Below are positions 27,904 to 37,537 of a DNA stretch of 39,984 bases, one piece after another. A program made the position numbers and the translations under genes. The stretch is from an uncultured Verrucomicrobiota bacterium (GTDB lineage: Bacteria; Verrucomicrobiota; Kiritimatiellia; CAIQIC01; JAGNIJ01), in assembly GCA_964617565.1 (NCBI GenBank), contig CAZTYH010000006.1, positions 1,748 to 41,731 of the forward strand, in the 5' to 3' direction. A model generated the notes under the pieces. The model did not search any database and had not been told where the DNA came from. It saw only the letters and a list, made by a program, of their open reading frames with translations. Numbering within the stretch: position 1 is the stretch's first letter; the number at the start of each line of letters is the position of its first letter.

Positions 27904-29568
27904 TCACTCCACGGCGACGCGGTAGAAGAGGGTTGATTCCGCGCCGGCGGTGGCGTCGGTGTGAACGTTCAGAGGGGGAGCGGCGGGGAGGTTGGTGGCA
28001 ATGGCTGTGAAGGCGAGCGACAGCGAGGATGCTCTTTCGATGCTGTAGAGCTTGTTGGATTCGCTGGCCCAGCTCACGACGGGATGTGTATCGCCGGCTG
28101 ATTGATTTGCGACGCATTTGAGAAGAGAAAGCGAATTCGTCGGGTCGGTCCCCGCGCGAATTTCCATCCAATCGAGAAACCCATCCCCATCGGTATCAGC
28201 CGCGGGATGCACATACTCGAACGCGCCGATATCCACTTCGGCAATCCCGCTGTTGTTCCCGTCGAGCGGACGGGGTACGCCATCGTAATCGGGCTTCACG
28301 TTCGGGGCGTTGGTGTGGGCGTCCACGCAGGATGAATCGTTTGTGAGACGATAGTTGTCTGTTGCTTCATCAACAAAGCCGGGCGCGGAGCTGGTGATAT
28401 TGCCGCTCGAGTCGGTGATGGTTCCGCCCAGTGAGCCGTGACTGCCAACACAGCCGGGCTTGGTCCAGTTGTCGCGCAGGAATAACGCGCCGGTGTCGTC
28501 CAGCATCGCGAGCGTGTTGCCGGCGAGCGTGACATAGAGGATGTTGCCGGCGCAGTCTGCTTGCTCTTCGTTGGTGGACAGGCGGAACAACGTGGTACGG
28601 TCGGAGCGTTTCGAGACGACGGTGTTGTTGAAGAAGTGGAGACGTCCTTTGCGATATTGCGCCGTGATTCCGCTGTCGCCGCCGTAATGGACGATCTGCC
28701 GGTTGCCATCGTTAGTGGACTCGATCAGCAGGTTGCCGTAAACGAACGTGTTTGAATACAACGGCAGGGGGCGAAGCGTGTCGCTATCCACGAGGTCAAG
28801 CTGACGGTTTCCGTTTTCGATACGGTTGTAACGGATCACGGTTCCGGCGGAGCGATCCTTGAGGTTGTTGCCGAGGCATCCCTGCCGGAGCGGGCCGAGA
28901 TCGTTGTGCTGAAACGTGATACCGCTGACCTCGGTATAAATGTTGTGCTCGTAAATGCTGTTTGAGATGCCGTTGCCGAAAATGCGGCAGCCTTCGACGA
29001 GGACATTGCTGCTCACGCCACTGAACGCACCCGCAAAAAATCCGTTCCCGCAATCCTGCAAGATGCAGTTGCGAATCGTGATGTGGCGTCCCTTCTCGAT
29101 ATAGATCGCGGCGGCGTTGTTCGCGTAGGTATTGGTCGTGTTGTCGTCGCCGACATATTGATACGGCGGCCGGGCGCTGCGGATTTCCAGGTTTTCAATG
29201 ACGATGTGCTCCGGGGTTGTGTCGGAAGGGGTGTTGGCCCCGCCGATTTTTATGACGCCGCGCTGCTCGCCCCAGAAGTTCAGCGGGGCAGGGGTGGTCG
29301 CGTCGCGTCCGTCAATCACCGGCAGGTCACCCGACTTGTTGGGCACGCCGCGGATCGTGATGGGCGCGTCGCTCAGTCCCTGGCGGCAAAGCACCCATTT
29401 TTCATTGTAGGGCGTGCTGCGCCAATGAATCAGAACCGTGTCGCCTGCCGAGAGTGTGTGCCAAGGCACTGAGGCAATACTGTACAAAGGCCCGTTGGTG
29501 CTTACCTCGAATGTGGCTGCGCCCGCACCCAATACTCCGCACAGAACGAAAAAAGCCGCGTAACGCAT
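27904..29568 (-). CDS. Secreted right-handed beta-helix protein (putative polysaccharide lyase/hydrolase) with choice-of-anchor Q-like and C-terminal tail domains
   Basis: Signal peptide MRYAAFFVLCGVLGAGA, AGDTVLI, repeated beta-helix units (ITIRNCIL, VLVEGCRI, TVIRYNRI), DYDGVPRP...VDIGAFEY, DTDGDGFLDWMEIRAGTDP...FYRVAVE. Confidence 0.8.
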   Translation of the reverse strand: MRYAAFFVLCGVLGAGAATFEVSTNGPLYSIASVPWHTLSAGDTVLIHWRSTPYNEKWVLCRQGLSDAPITIRGVPNKSGDLPVIDGRDATTPAPLNFWGEQRGVIKIGGANTPSDTTPEHIVIENLEIRSARPPYQYVGDDNTTNTYANNAAAIYIEKGRHITIRNCILQDCGNGFFAGAFSGVSSNVLVEGCRIFGNGISNSIYEHNIYTEVSGITFQHNDLGPLRQGCLGNNLKDRSAGTVIRYNRIENGNRQLDLVDSDTLRPLPLYSNTFVYGNLLIESTNDGNRQIVHYGGDSGITAQYRKGRLHFFNNTVVSKRSDRTTLFRLSTNEEQADCAGNILYVTLAGNTLAMLDDTGALFLRDNWTKPGCVGSHGSLGGTITDSSGNITSSAPGFVDEATDNYRLTNDSSCVDAHTNAPNVKPDYDGVPRPLDGNNSGIAEVDIGAFEYVHPAADTDGDGFLDWMEIRAGTDPTNSLSLLKCVANQSAGDTHPVVSWASESNKLYSIERASSLSLAFTAIATNLPAAPPLNVHTDATAGAESTLFYRVAVE

Positions 29569-29603
29569 AACCTGTCTTCGAGCATAAACCGGACCAATCC
29601 GAA

Positions 29604-29723
29604 TAGAAGCGGTCTCCAGACCGCTTCTACATAGACAAGCTTTCTGTCTTTGTCAAGGGAAAAGTCGGGGGCGTAGGTGTGGCGGCCAAGCGGTTTGGCA
29701 AGCGGTCTCCAGACCGCTTCTAC
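29604..29723. repeat. Two copies of a REP-like palindrome (GTAG)AAGCGGTCTCCAGACCGCTTCTAC
   Basis: Copies at 29604-29630 and 29700-29723; a third, interrupted copy at 37090-37133. Confidence 0.85.
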
Positions 29724-29726
29724 TTC

Positions 29727-30521
29727 TCACTCCCGGGCACGGGCGGTTTTAAACACCTCGGCAAAAAATGCTTTCATGGCTTTCCATGACCGGCGATCGG
29801 CCGCGGCATTGTATGCTGCGCCACGCGAGGGATCGTTGCCCGCGCCGGGATCGGTGAACGAATGCACAGCGCCGCCGTAAGCGACAAGCTGCCAATCCAC
29901 GCCCGCGTCGCGCATCTCTTTTTGAAACGCTTCAACCTGTTCGGGCGGGACATGAGGATCATCCGCTCCGTGCAGCACGAGAATGCTGCCCTTGATATTT
30001 TTAGCGTCCGCGGGATCAGGCGTATCGAAATTGCCGTGAAAACTCACAGCGCCAACCACGGGCGCTCCGCTGCGCGCCAGTTCCAGCGCGACCATGCCGC
30101 CGAAACAGTAGCCCATCACCGCAATCGGTTGTCCTTCAACCAACTCGCTGGATTGCAGGAACCGAAGGCCCGCATTCGCGCGGGTGCGTGTCAGCGTTCG
30201 GTCGTTTTTGAAGAGCCCGGCCTGCTTGCCTGCCTCCTGCGCCGATTCGGGGCGGATGCCTTTCCCGTACATATCAATCGCAAAGGCGACATACCCCAGT
30301 TCCGCCAGCGCGCGCGCGCGCCGTTTCTCGTAATCGCCCAACCCTTTCCACTGGTGCACCACCAGCACGCCGGGGCGCGGACCCTCGGCCGCGTCGTCCC
30401 ATGCGAGATACCCTTCAAGCGTCACGTCCCCGTCATGATACTCCACGCCCATTGATTCCACTTCACCCCGCGCCGATATCGCGAATGCCACTATTAAGAG
30501 ACAGGTCAAAAATGCCTTCAT
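29727..30521 (-). CDS. Exported dienelactone hydrolase family protein
   Basis: Signal peptide MKAFLTCLLIVAFAISARG, GYCFGG nucleophile elbow, HGADDP, GAVHSFT. Confidence 0.92.
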   Translation of the reverse strand: MKAFLTCLLIVAFAISARGEVESMGVEYHDGDVTLEGYLAWDDAAEGPRPGVLVVHQWKGLGDYEKRRARALAELGYVAFAIDMYGKGIRPESAQEAGKQAGLFKNDRTLTRTRANAGLRFLQSSELVEGQPIAVMGYCFGGMVALELARSGAPVVGAVSFHGNFDTPDPADAKNIKGSILVLHGADDPHVPPEQVEAFQKEMRDAGVDWQLVAYGGAVHSFTDPGAGNDPSRGAAYNAAADRRSWKAMKAFFAEVFKTARARE

Positions 30522-30642
30522 GCTCTTTCTCCCATTTGATTCCGATAAACAACCTACGATAGAATCGAGCGAGAGCAAGGGCCTCCCTCCCGACGAAGAA
30601 GGGGACATTTCTAAAGAGTTTTGACATTGTTTATCCCGAATA

Positions 30643-30671
30643 TTGACAGCCTTTGAATGTTGAGGTATCGT
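30643..30671 (+). promoter_or_regulatory. Sigma70-type promoter of the DUF4914 operon
   Basis: TTGACA (30643-30648)-N17-TATCGT (30666-30671). Confidence 0.6.
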
Positions 30672-30723
30672 CCCGCGCTCGACTTTTAAGAGGACGAGAA
30701 ATTTCACGTTGATAATGTGAGTT

Positions 30724-30807
30724 GAAGGCGGCCCGCACGAGTGGGTGGCTTTTCGAGGCGCAGGGTCAGCAATGGTCTATCACAGACTGTGCTGGCCTTT
30801 TTTGTTT
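30724..30807 (+). promoter_or_regulatory. Structured 5' leader with intrinsic terminator (putative attenuator)
   Basis: Hairpin 1 at 30724-30753. Hairpin 2 at 30762-30799 (AGGGTCAGCA/TGCTGGCCTT with inner TGGTCT-ATCAC-AGACTG), followed by TTTTGTTT. Lies between the promoter and the first ATG at 30953. Confidence 0.65.
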
Positions 30808-30952
30808 CCCCATGACGAATCCGTTATGGAGCCGGCGATGGGAAAGCATGGCGGACCGGGAGTCCGGGATAGCCGGCTTGGAGGTTTTTATGGCAGGACG
30901 CGTTACCCCTCTTCGATTGAACGGGAGTGTTCTTCCAAACAAAGGAGTAGAC

Positions 30953-32839
30953 ATGAAGAGCAGTGAGTTTATTGCGAAATTGAACGTTCCGGACGAGGTG
31001 AGGGAGTTGTTGCGGAAGGCGAAGTCGGTGACCTGTGCGCTCAACCTCACCGATTTGGAGGACTTGGCGTGCGGAGGGAAAGCAAACTCGGAATGGATGG
31101 TGTCTTATCCTCTGCCGGATGGTCGCACGGTGGAGGAAGTAAAGGTGGTGCGCGTGCGAAATGGGATCAGTGCAAACTACATGGATCCCTACATGCGGCG
31201 GAGAGACCCGGATTGCATGGTGATTGCCGACAATATGCCATCGGACAAGCCGCGGTTCGATGAGGTCTTCGGTTTGCCCTTCAACGAGCTCCGGCAGGCG
31301 ACCTTCGACTGGCTCGTTACGCAGGATCTGGCGATCTACGCGTTCGAAATGGGGCAACCCATGATGGGTGGGGACGCGCTGGCGATCTGTCCCGCGAACG
31401 CCGGATTTTTCGCGTTCGGGCTCGCCCTCTTGCAGGGGATTGTGGATGTCAGCCAGATGAACCGCCAGATCACGCCCGAAACGATATTGTATGTGGCGCC
31501 GCCCTTCCGGCACACGCATTTCAAAGGAAAACAGATTGTCGCGCACAATCGAACGGGCGAAATCCACGAGATCTTCTCCTACAACCTGTACCCCGGGCCC
31601 AGCGCCAAGAAAGGCATTTACGGCGCGCTCATCGAAAAGGGAACGCATGAAAGCTGGGTGACCGCGCACTGCTCGGCCGTGCGAGTCGTTACTCCTTACG
31701 ACAACGTCGTGACCTTCATGCACGAAGGCGCCAGCGGCGGCGGCAAGAGCGAGATGTTGCAGCAGCCTCACCGGTTGCCGGACGGGCGGCTCCTGCTGGG
31801 GAGAAATATGGTGGGTGGCGAAGAGCGCTACCTCGAAATTCAGCGTACCTGTGAACTGCGGCCGGTCTGTGACGACATGGGCTTGTGTCACACGGAATTC
31901 CAGGAAGGCGATCAGCACCTGTATCTCATGGACGCCGAGCAAGCCTGGTTCGTGCGTGTCAATCACATCACGGGATATGGAACGGATCATGACCTCGAGC
32001 GGCTCACGATTCATTCCCCGCGATCCCTGCTGTTTCTGAATATTGACGCGATGTCCAACTCAACCGCCTTGATCTGGGAGCATATCGAGGATGCGCCGGG
32101 CACGCCGTGTCCGAATCCCCGTGTCATCATGCCGCGGAGCGTTGTTCCCGGTGTGGTGAACGACAAGGCCCAGATCAATATCCGCTCTTTTGGCGTTCGG
32201 ACACCGCCCTGCACCCGGGAACATCCGACCTACGGGATCCTGGGGGTCTTTCACATACTGCCCCCCGCCCTGGCGTGGTTGTGGCGATTGGTATCTCCGC
32301 GAGGCCACGCGAATCCCAGCATTGTGGATCAGGAGGGGATGAGCAGTGAGGGCGTTGGCAGCTACTGGCCTTTTGCAACAGGAAGGAAAGTGGATCAGGC
32401 CAACCTGTTGCTCGAGCAGTTCACGACGGCGACCAAGACCCGTTACATCCTTGTGCCCAACCAGCATGTGGGCGCGTGGGAGACAGGGTTTATGCCGCAG
32501 TGGCTTGCCAGGGACTACCTTGCCCGCCGGGGACACGCGCGGTTCCTTTCGGACCAAGTGGTGCCCTCGCGATGCCCGCTGCTGGGCTTCGCCTTGCAGA
32601 GCATGCGCATTGAGGGAACCATGATTCCCAAGTGGTTCCTTCAGGTTGACACGCAACCGGAAGTCGGAACAGAAGCCTATGACCAGGGCGCGCGGACACT
32701 GACAACTTTCTTCCACGCGCAGATCAGGGAATTCCTGCATCCCGACCTGGCGCCTCTCGGCAGGGATATCATTGAGAGCTGCCTGTCCGGCTCGTCTGTT
32801 GCCGAGTACACGCGCTTCATTCCCACTTCGGATACGTAA
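30953..32839 (+). CDS. DUF4914 family protein, PEP-carboxykinase-like
   Basis: [46 protein letters not shown] (P-loop), [21 protein letters not shown]. Confidence 0.85.
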   Translation: MKSSEFIAKLNVPDEVRELLRKAKSVTCALNLTDLEDLACGGKANSEWMVSYPLPDGRTVEEVKVVRVRNGISANYMDPYMRRRDPDCMVIADNMPSDKPRFDEVFGLPFNELRQATFDWLVTQDLAIYAFEMGQPMMGGDALAICPANAGFFAFGLALLQGIVDVSQMNRQITPETILYVAPPFRHTHFKGKQIVAHNRTGEIHEIFSYNLYPGPSAKKGIYGALIEKGTHESWVTAHCSAVRVVTPYDNVVTFMHEGASGGGKSEMLQQPHRLPDGRLLLGRNMVGGEERYLEIQRTCELRPVCDDMGLCHTEFQEGDQHLYLMDAEQAWFVRVNHITGYGTDHDLERLTIHSPRSLLFLNIDAMSNSTALIWEHIEDAPGTPCPNPRVIMPRSVVPGVVNDKAQINIRSFGVRTPPCTREHPTYGILGVFHILPPALAWLWRLVSPRGHANPSIVDQEGMSSEGVGSYWPFATGRKVDQANLLLEQFTTATKTRYILVPNQHVGAWETGFMPQWLARDYLARRGHARFLSDQVVPSRCPLLGFALQSMRIEGTMIPKWFLQVDTQPEVGTEAYDQGARTLTTFFHAQIREFLHPDLAPLGRDIIESCLSGSSVAEYTRFIPTSDT

Positions 32840-32891
32840 GAGCCCCGGATTACGGACACAAACAACAACTCATAAAAAAAGGAGCAAGGAA

Positions 32892-33779
32892 ATGGCAGAG
32901 AAGACGCTGATGTATACGACGGAGCGGGAACGCCCGCTGTCATCCCGCGGCAAGGTTCGGGATGTGTATGATCTGGGCGACGCCTTGCTCATTGTGGCTA
33001 CCGATAGAATATCCTGCTTTGACGTCGTTCTGCCCACGCCGATTCCCGGCAAGGGCCGCGTGCTGACGCAGATGTCGAAGTTCTGGTTTGAGGCGCTGAA
33101 GGATATCATCCCTCACCATTTCATCAGCATGGATGTTTCGAAATACATGACGGACCCCGAGACGCTGGCGGAACTGGAAGGGCGCTCCATGGTTGTTCGA
33201 AAGGCCAAGCCTTTGCCGGTCGAAGCCATCGTACGCGGCTACCTGAGCGGGTCGGCCTGGAAGGAATATCTGTCCACCGGAAGCTTTCGCGGTTTGCAGT
33301 TGCCGGCCGGAATGCGCGAGTCGGATCGTCTGCCCGAACCGGCCTACACGCCCTCCACCAAGGCCGAACAGGGTCAGCACGACGAGAACATCACCTTCGA
33401 AGAAACGATTCCCCTGCTGGGTGAAGAGACCGCCCGGAAGATCAGGGGCGCAAGCTTGCGGTTGTACACAACGGCCGCGGAGCTGGCACTCAAGAAAGGC
33501 ATTATCATTGCGGACACCAAGTTCGAGTTCGGCGTGGCCGATGGAGAGGTGATCCTGATTGATGAAGTGCTGACGCCTGATTCATCCCGCTTCTGGCCGG
33601 TGGAGGGCTATGAACCCGGCAAAGCGCAGCCCAGCTTCGACAAGCAGTACGTGCGGGATTGGCTTGAAAGTATCGGCTGGAACAAGAGTCCGCCGGCGCC
33701 GGAACTGCCTTCCGATGTTGTCGCCCGTACCTCGCAGAAGTACCAGGAAGCCCTGAAAAGTCTCACCGGCATGCCGTAG
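32892..33779 (+). CDS. purC: Phosphoribosylaminoimidazole-succinocarboxamide (SAICAR) synthase
   Basis: [66 protein letters not shown]. Confidence 0.96.
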   Translation: MAEKTLMYTTERERPLSSRGKVRDVYDLGDALLIVATDRISCFDVVLPTPIPGKGRVLTQMSKFWFEALKDIIPHHFISMDVSKYMTDPETLAELEGRSMVVRKAKPLPVEAIVRGYLSGSAWKEYLSTGSFRGLQLPAGMRESDRLPEPAYTPSTKAEQGQHDENITFEETIPLLGEETARKIRGASLRLYTTAAELALKKGIIIADTKFEFGVADGEVILIDEVLTPDSSRFWPVEGYEPGKAQPSFDKQYVRDWLESIGWNKSPPAPELPSDVVARTSQKYQEALKSLTGMP

Positions 33780-33796
33780 GCCCACAGGGGCTGCAG

Positions 33797-34795
33797 ATGA
33801 ATCCCCTGCATGGCGATGAAGGAGAGGAAGTGAGGGAAGACCACCAGGAACCGGTTCGGGAAGCCGCGGATATTTTGCGCAGCGGCGGAATCGTGGCCTT
33901 TCCGACCGAGACCGTGTATGGACTCGGCGCGGTGGCCTTCAACGAGTCTGCCGTGGCGCGGATATTCGAGGCCAAGCAGCGCCCTCGTTTCGATCCCCTC
34001 ATCGTCCATGTCGGCGGTTTCGACCAGGTGTCGCGGCTCGTGAAAGAAATCCATCCCTCGGCGCGCCTGCTCATGGAGCGTTTCTGGCCGGGTCCGCTCA
34101 CGATCGTATTGCCCAAAGCGCCCGGAGTTCCCGATCTGGTTACGGCAGGATTGCCCACGGTGGCGGTGCGAATGCCACGGCATCCCCTTGCGCTGGAGCT
34201 GATTCGTCGCACCGGAGAACCGATTGCCGCTCCCAGCGCAAACCCGTTCGGCTCAACCAGTCCAACAAAGATGCAGCATGTTGTGGATGGTCTGGGCGGC
34301 AAGGTGGATATGGTGCTCGACGGCGGCGATTGCCCGGTCGGCATCGAGTCCACCATCGTGTCCTTTGCTTCAGACCGCCCCGCGCTGCTGCGTCCGGGCG
34401 GCGTCGCCTTGGAGGAACTGGAAGCCGTCATCGGCCCGTTGCCTGTTGCGCCTTCGTCCGGAAACAATGCGGTGCTCGCACCGGGCATGTTGCCCAGGCA
34501 CTACGCGCCACGCACGCCCGTGCGAGTTCTGTCCGGATCCATCCTGCCGCCGCAGGACGGCGCCACCCGCATCGGCGTGTTGGCCTTCCAGGGCATTCCG
34601 CGTTCCGAGACCTTTGCGGCGGTGGAGGTGCTTTCTGAGTTCGGCGACCTGAGGGAGGCGGCCAAGCATCTCTTCAGCGCCCTGCGCAGATTGGACCAGC
34701 AGAATCTTGATGTGATTGTAGCGCAGAAATTTCCCGACGTCGGATTGGGCCTGGCTATCAACGACAGGCTGATGCGTGCGTCGGGTTGTGGTTGA
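33797..34795 (+). CDS. sua5: L-threonylcarbamoyladenylate synthase, Sua5 type
   Basis: VAFPTETVYGLGA, KQRPRFDPLIVH, FWPGPLT, AAPSANPFG, GIESTIV, APGMLPRHYAP linker, C-terminal SUA5 domain (AINDRLMRAS). Confidence 0.95.
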   Translation: MNPLHGDEGEEVREDHQEPVREAADILRSGGIVAFPTETVYGLGAVAFNESAVARIFEAKQRPRFDPLIVHVGGFDQVSRLVKEIHPSARLLMERFWPGPLTIVLPKAPGVPDLVTAGLPTVAVRMPRHPLALELIRRTGEPIAAPSANPFGSTSPTKMQHVVDGLGGKVDMVLDGGDCPVGIESTIVSFASDRPALLRPGGVALEELEAVIGPLPVAPSSGNNAVLAPGMLPRHYAPRTPVRVLSGSILPPQDGATRIGVLAFQGIPRSETFAAVEVLSEFGDLREAAKHLFSALRRLDQQNLDVIVAQKFPDVGLGLAINDRLMRASGCG

Positions 34796-34824
34796 ACAGC
34801 CTGTTAAACAAAGGAACTAAAACG

Positions 34825-35337
34825 ATGAAGAAGAAACCATCCGTAGCGATTGTTATGGGCAGTCAGTCGGATCTCGAAACCCTTCGCGATGCGGCGGGCA
34901 TCCTGGAAAAGTTTGATATCGCGCATGAAATACGGGTCATCTCCGCGCACCGTACGCCGGAAGCGGCCAGATCCTTCGCGCTTTCCGCCGAAGAGCGCGG
35001 CATTCGAGTGATCATTGCGGGCGCGGGGAAAGCGGCTCATCTTGCCGGGGTTCTCGCGTCTCTCACCACGCTGCCGATTGTCGGGGTGCCCATGACGACG
35101 AGCGATCTCGGCGGTCTGGATTCGCTCCTCTCGATGGTTCAGATGCCTGGAGGAATTCCCGTTGCAACGGTTGCGATCGGGAAGGCAGGCGCGAAAAACG
35201 CGGGCTTGCTCGCGGTCGCCATGCTCGCGCTGAGCGACGATGATCTCAAGGCTCGCCTGAAACAGTACCGGAAGGAAATGACCGAAGAGGTCGAGGCGGT
35301 AGACCGTCAACTCCAGGCAGACACGGCGGTCAGTTGA
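34825..35337 (+). CDS. purE: N5-CAIR mutase / AIR carboxylase
   Basis: IVMGSQSD, SAHRTP, AGKAAHLAGV, GGLDSLLSMVQMPGGIPVATV. Confidence 0.96.
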   Translation: MKKKPSVAIVMGSQSDLETLRDAAGILEKFDIAHEIRVISAHRTPEAARSFALSAEERGIRVIIAGAGKAAHLAGVLASLTTLPIVGVPMTTSDLGGLDSLLSMVQMPGGIPVATVAIGKAGAKNAGLLAVAMLALSDDDLKARLKQYRKEMTEEVEAVDRQLQADTAVS

Positions 35338-35390
35338 GACAGCGCCCGACTGCAAGAGAAGCGACACAGAGAAAGGGTATTTGGTTAACC

Positions 35391-36599
35391 ATGAAGCGCG
35401 CATTTGTTCTGCCGGCCGCCGTCCTGATCCAGATGTGCCTGGGTGGCGTATATGCATGGAGTGCGTTTGTGCCTGCCTTAAAGGGCGAATTGGGTTTCAC
35501 TACCGCACAGACACAGCTTGTGTTCGGTCTCACCATCGCATCGTTTACCATCGCCATGGTATTTGCCGGGCGTCTTCTGATTCGATGGGGGCCGCGCTGG
35601 GTCGGCTTGCTGGGTGGCCTTTTGTTTGCCGCCGGATACACGGTGGCGGCCCGGGCAAACGGGGGATATCCGGCGCTGCTCTGCGGTGTCGGTCTGGTGG
35701 CCGGCGCAAGCATCGGCTTTGGTTACGTTGCGGCGCTGACGACCGGCGTACAATGGTTCCCCCGTCATAAGGGGTTGGTTACCGGCGTGGCGGTCGCCGG
35801 CTTTGGAGCAGGCGCCATCCTCCTCTCTTCCGCCGTGGCCAGTTTCCTGCGGGACGGGGGTTCGGTGCTGAATGTATTCCGCGCAATTGGATGGGCCGGC
35901 GGGGCCGTCGTCAGCGCCGCATCCCTGCTCCTGTTCCGGCCGCCTCGGACAGAGGCCGGCGCTTCGTCCGGTGCTTCGCCGCGAAGTCTGCGTAGCGACC
36001 CTTTCTTTCGGTCCCTGGTTGTCGGCATGTTCTGCGGGACGTTCGCCGGACTGCTGGTCGTGGGCAATCTGAAGCCCATCGGCCTGGATGGAGGACTGCC
36101 TGCCCATGTCGCGATCGTGGCCATCAGCTTCTTTGCTGTCGGTAATACCCTGGGCCGTATCGTATGGGGTTGGATAGCGGATCGCATCGGTTACAGAGCC
36201 ATTCCGCTGTCTCTCCTCCTGCTCGGTGTTGCGCTGGGTTTGTTGCTGGTTGCGCGGGGTTCAGGCTGGGGCTTCTCCGCGGCCGCGCTGCTAGCCGGGC
36301 TCGGTTTTGGAGCCTGCTTTGTGCTTTATGCCGCGCAGGTCGCCACGCATTTCGGCGCCGCTGCTGTAGCGAGCATATACCCGCTGGTATTCCTGGCGTA
36401 TGGACTGGCCGGAACCACCGGTCCGTGGGTCGGCGGACATCTCTTCGATCTGACATCGAGCTATGCCCCGCCTATTTTCGTCGCTATCGGTGTTTTGGGG
36501 ATCGGCGCCTGGTACACATGGGCAACGTATCGCGCCACGGTGGCAATCCTATTGATTGACGCCCCATGTCTTGGAGGAATAGACTGCGCGGGCAAATGA
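35391..36599 (+). CDS. MFS transporter, oxalate/formate antiporter (OFA)-like
   Basis: About 12 hydrophobic segments; CLGGVYAWSAF, WFPRHKGLVTGVAVAGFGAG, GRIVWGWIADRIG. Confidence 0.88.
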   Translation: MKRAFVLPAAVLIQMCLGGVYAWSAFVPALKGELGFTTAQTQLVFGLTIASFTIAMVFAGRLLIRWGPRWVGLLGGLLFAAGYTVAARANGGYPALLCGVGLVAGASIGFGYVAALTTGVQWFPRHKGLVTGVAVAGFGAGAILLSSAVASFLRDGGSVLNVFRAIGWAGGAVVSAASLLLFRPPRTEAGASSGASPRSLRSDPFFRSLVVGMFCGTFAGLLVVGNLKPIGLDGGLPAHVAIVAISFFAVGNTLGRIVWGWIADRIGYRAIPLSLLLLGVALGLLLVARGSGWGFSAAALLAGLGFGACFVLYAAQVATHFGAAAVASIYPLVFLAYGLAGTTGPWVGGHLFDLTSSYAPPIFVAIGVLGIGAWYTWATYRATVAILLIDAPCLGGIDCAGK

Positions 36600-37003
36600 A
36601 AAACCCGCCAAAAAAACAGAGCCAGCAGCCCGGCTTGAAAACCAGGGGCGAAATCGAAGCGGAGTTGAGCGAGGCCATCATCAAGTTTGAACGCGAGTAC
36701 ATGGGCCGGGGTCCTGAAGAAACCCGCACGTATATTATAGACGATCTGATTATTGTCCGGCTGCGCGGCGTGCTCACGCCGGCGGAGAAGCAACTGGTAA
36801 AAAGCGAAAGCGGCGGCCAGGGTCGCGCGCTCATCAAACAGGTGCGGATGGAATTGCTGGAGAAAGCGCGGCCGCTGCTCGATGTTCTTGTCCACAACAT
36901 CACCGGTCAAAAAGTGCGAAGTCTCCACACGGATATCAGCACGACCACCGGCGAACGAATCATCATCTTCTCGCTTCTGGGTAGTCCCCGATTCCAACCC
37001 TGA
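36596..37003 (+). CDS. DUF2294 / MpsC-family protein
   Basis: ATG overlaps the MFS stop (ATGA). KTRGEIEAELS...FEREYMGRGP, RLRGVLTPAEKQL, ITGQKVRSLHTDISTTTGERIIIF. Confidence 0.88.
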   Translation: MKNPPKKQSQQPGLKTRGEIEAELSEAIIKFEREYMGRGPEETRTYIIDDLIIVRLRGVLTPAEKQLVKSESGGQGRALIKQVRMELLEKARPLLDVLVHNITGQKVRSLHTDISTTTGERIIIFSLLGSPRFQP

Positions 37004-37254
37004 GTGCGGATTGTTTTGCCTGCGGGACCAGCGCCGTGTTCCAGAAGTCCTGAGGCACAATCACGCGTTCAGGTAAGTGCGTCTACTCCGTAGAAGCGGT
37101 CTCCACCTCCGGCGGACAAGTCCAGACTGCTTTCCATTGGGCGGGGTTTTTGCATGGTCACTTCCGGGACACGACACCCGCCCGCGTATTGCTCAGCGCA
37201 GCAGGACCGTTCTTGGCGAGCCTTCACAACGAGCCGCAACCAGGGAAGAGGGAA

Positions 37255-37537
37255 GCTACGAAATACGCGAAAGGCACGAAAAGGGGATAAAGAAGAATTA
37301 TAACCACGGAGGACACGGAGAGCACGGAGAGGAAGATCAGGAATATTCTCCCTGTCTCTGTGTGCTCAAGCGAGCAACGCAAGCGGGTGGTAAGAAATTC
37401 GGAAGTTTAACCGCGGATTACGCGAATGGGGATTCGTCCTCTTAATCCTCTTCCAACCGCGGATCACACGGATGAACACGGATAAGAAAAACAACTCCCT
37501 CTCCCCACGGGAGAATGGGCCGCCGGAGGGTGAGGGC
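37255..37537. repeat. Cluster of short periodic/palindromic repeat arms
   Basis: CACGGAGGA CACGGAGAG CACGGAGAG (37305-37331), AACCGCGGATTACGCGAAT (~37409), AACCGCGGATCACACGGATGAACACGGAT (~37455-37483), CTCCCTCTCCCCACGGGAGA...GGGTGAGGG (~37495-37536). Confidence 0.7.

Noticed and set aside
30724-30807. Known purine, ZTP or PRPP riboswitch upstream of purC/purE
   Set aside because: I could not find their consensus elements by eye; kept as an unnamed attenuator pending an Rfam search.
30722-30952. 77-codon N-terminal extension of the DUF4914 ORF
   Set aside because: It runs through the leader terminator; a strong AAGGAG RBS supports ATG 30953 as the start.
37077-37445. 122-aa ORF (and 37464-37802 on the minus strand) as real genes
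   Set aside because: They translate repeat arms (for example NHGGHGEHGE) and low-complexity sequence, with no RBS or family motif.
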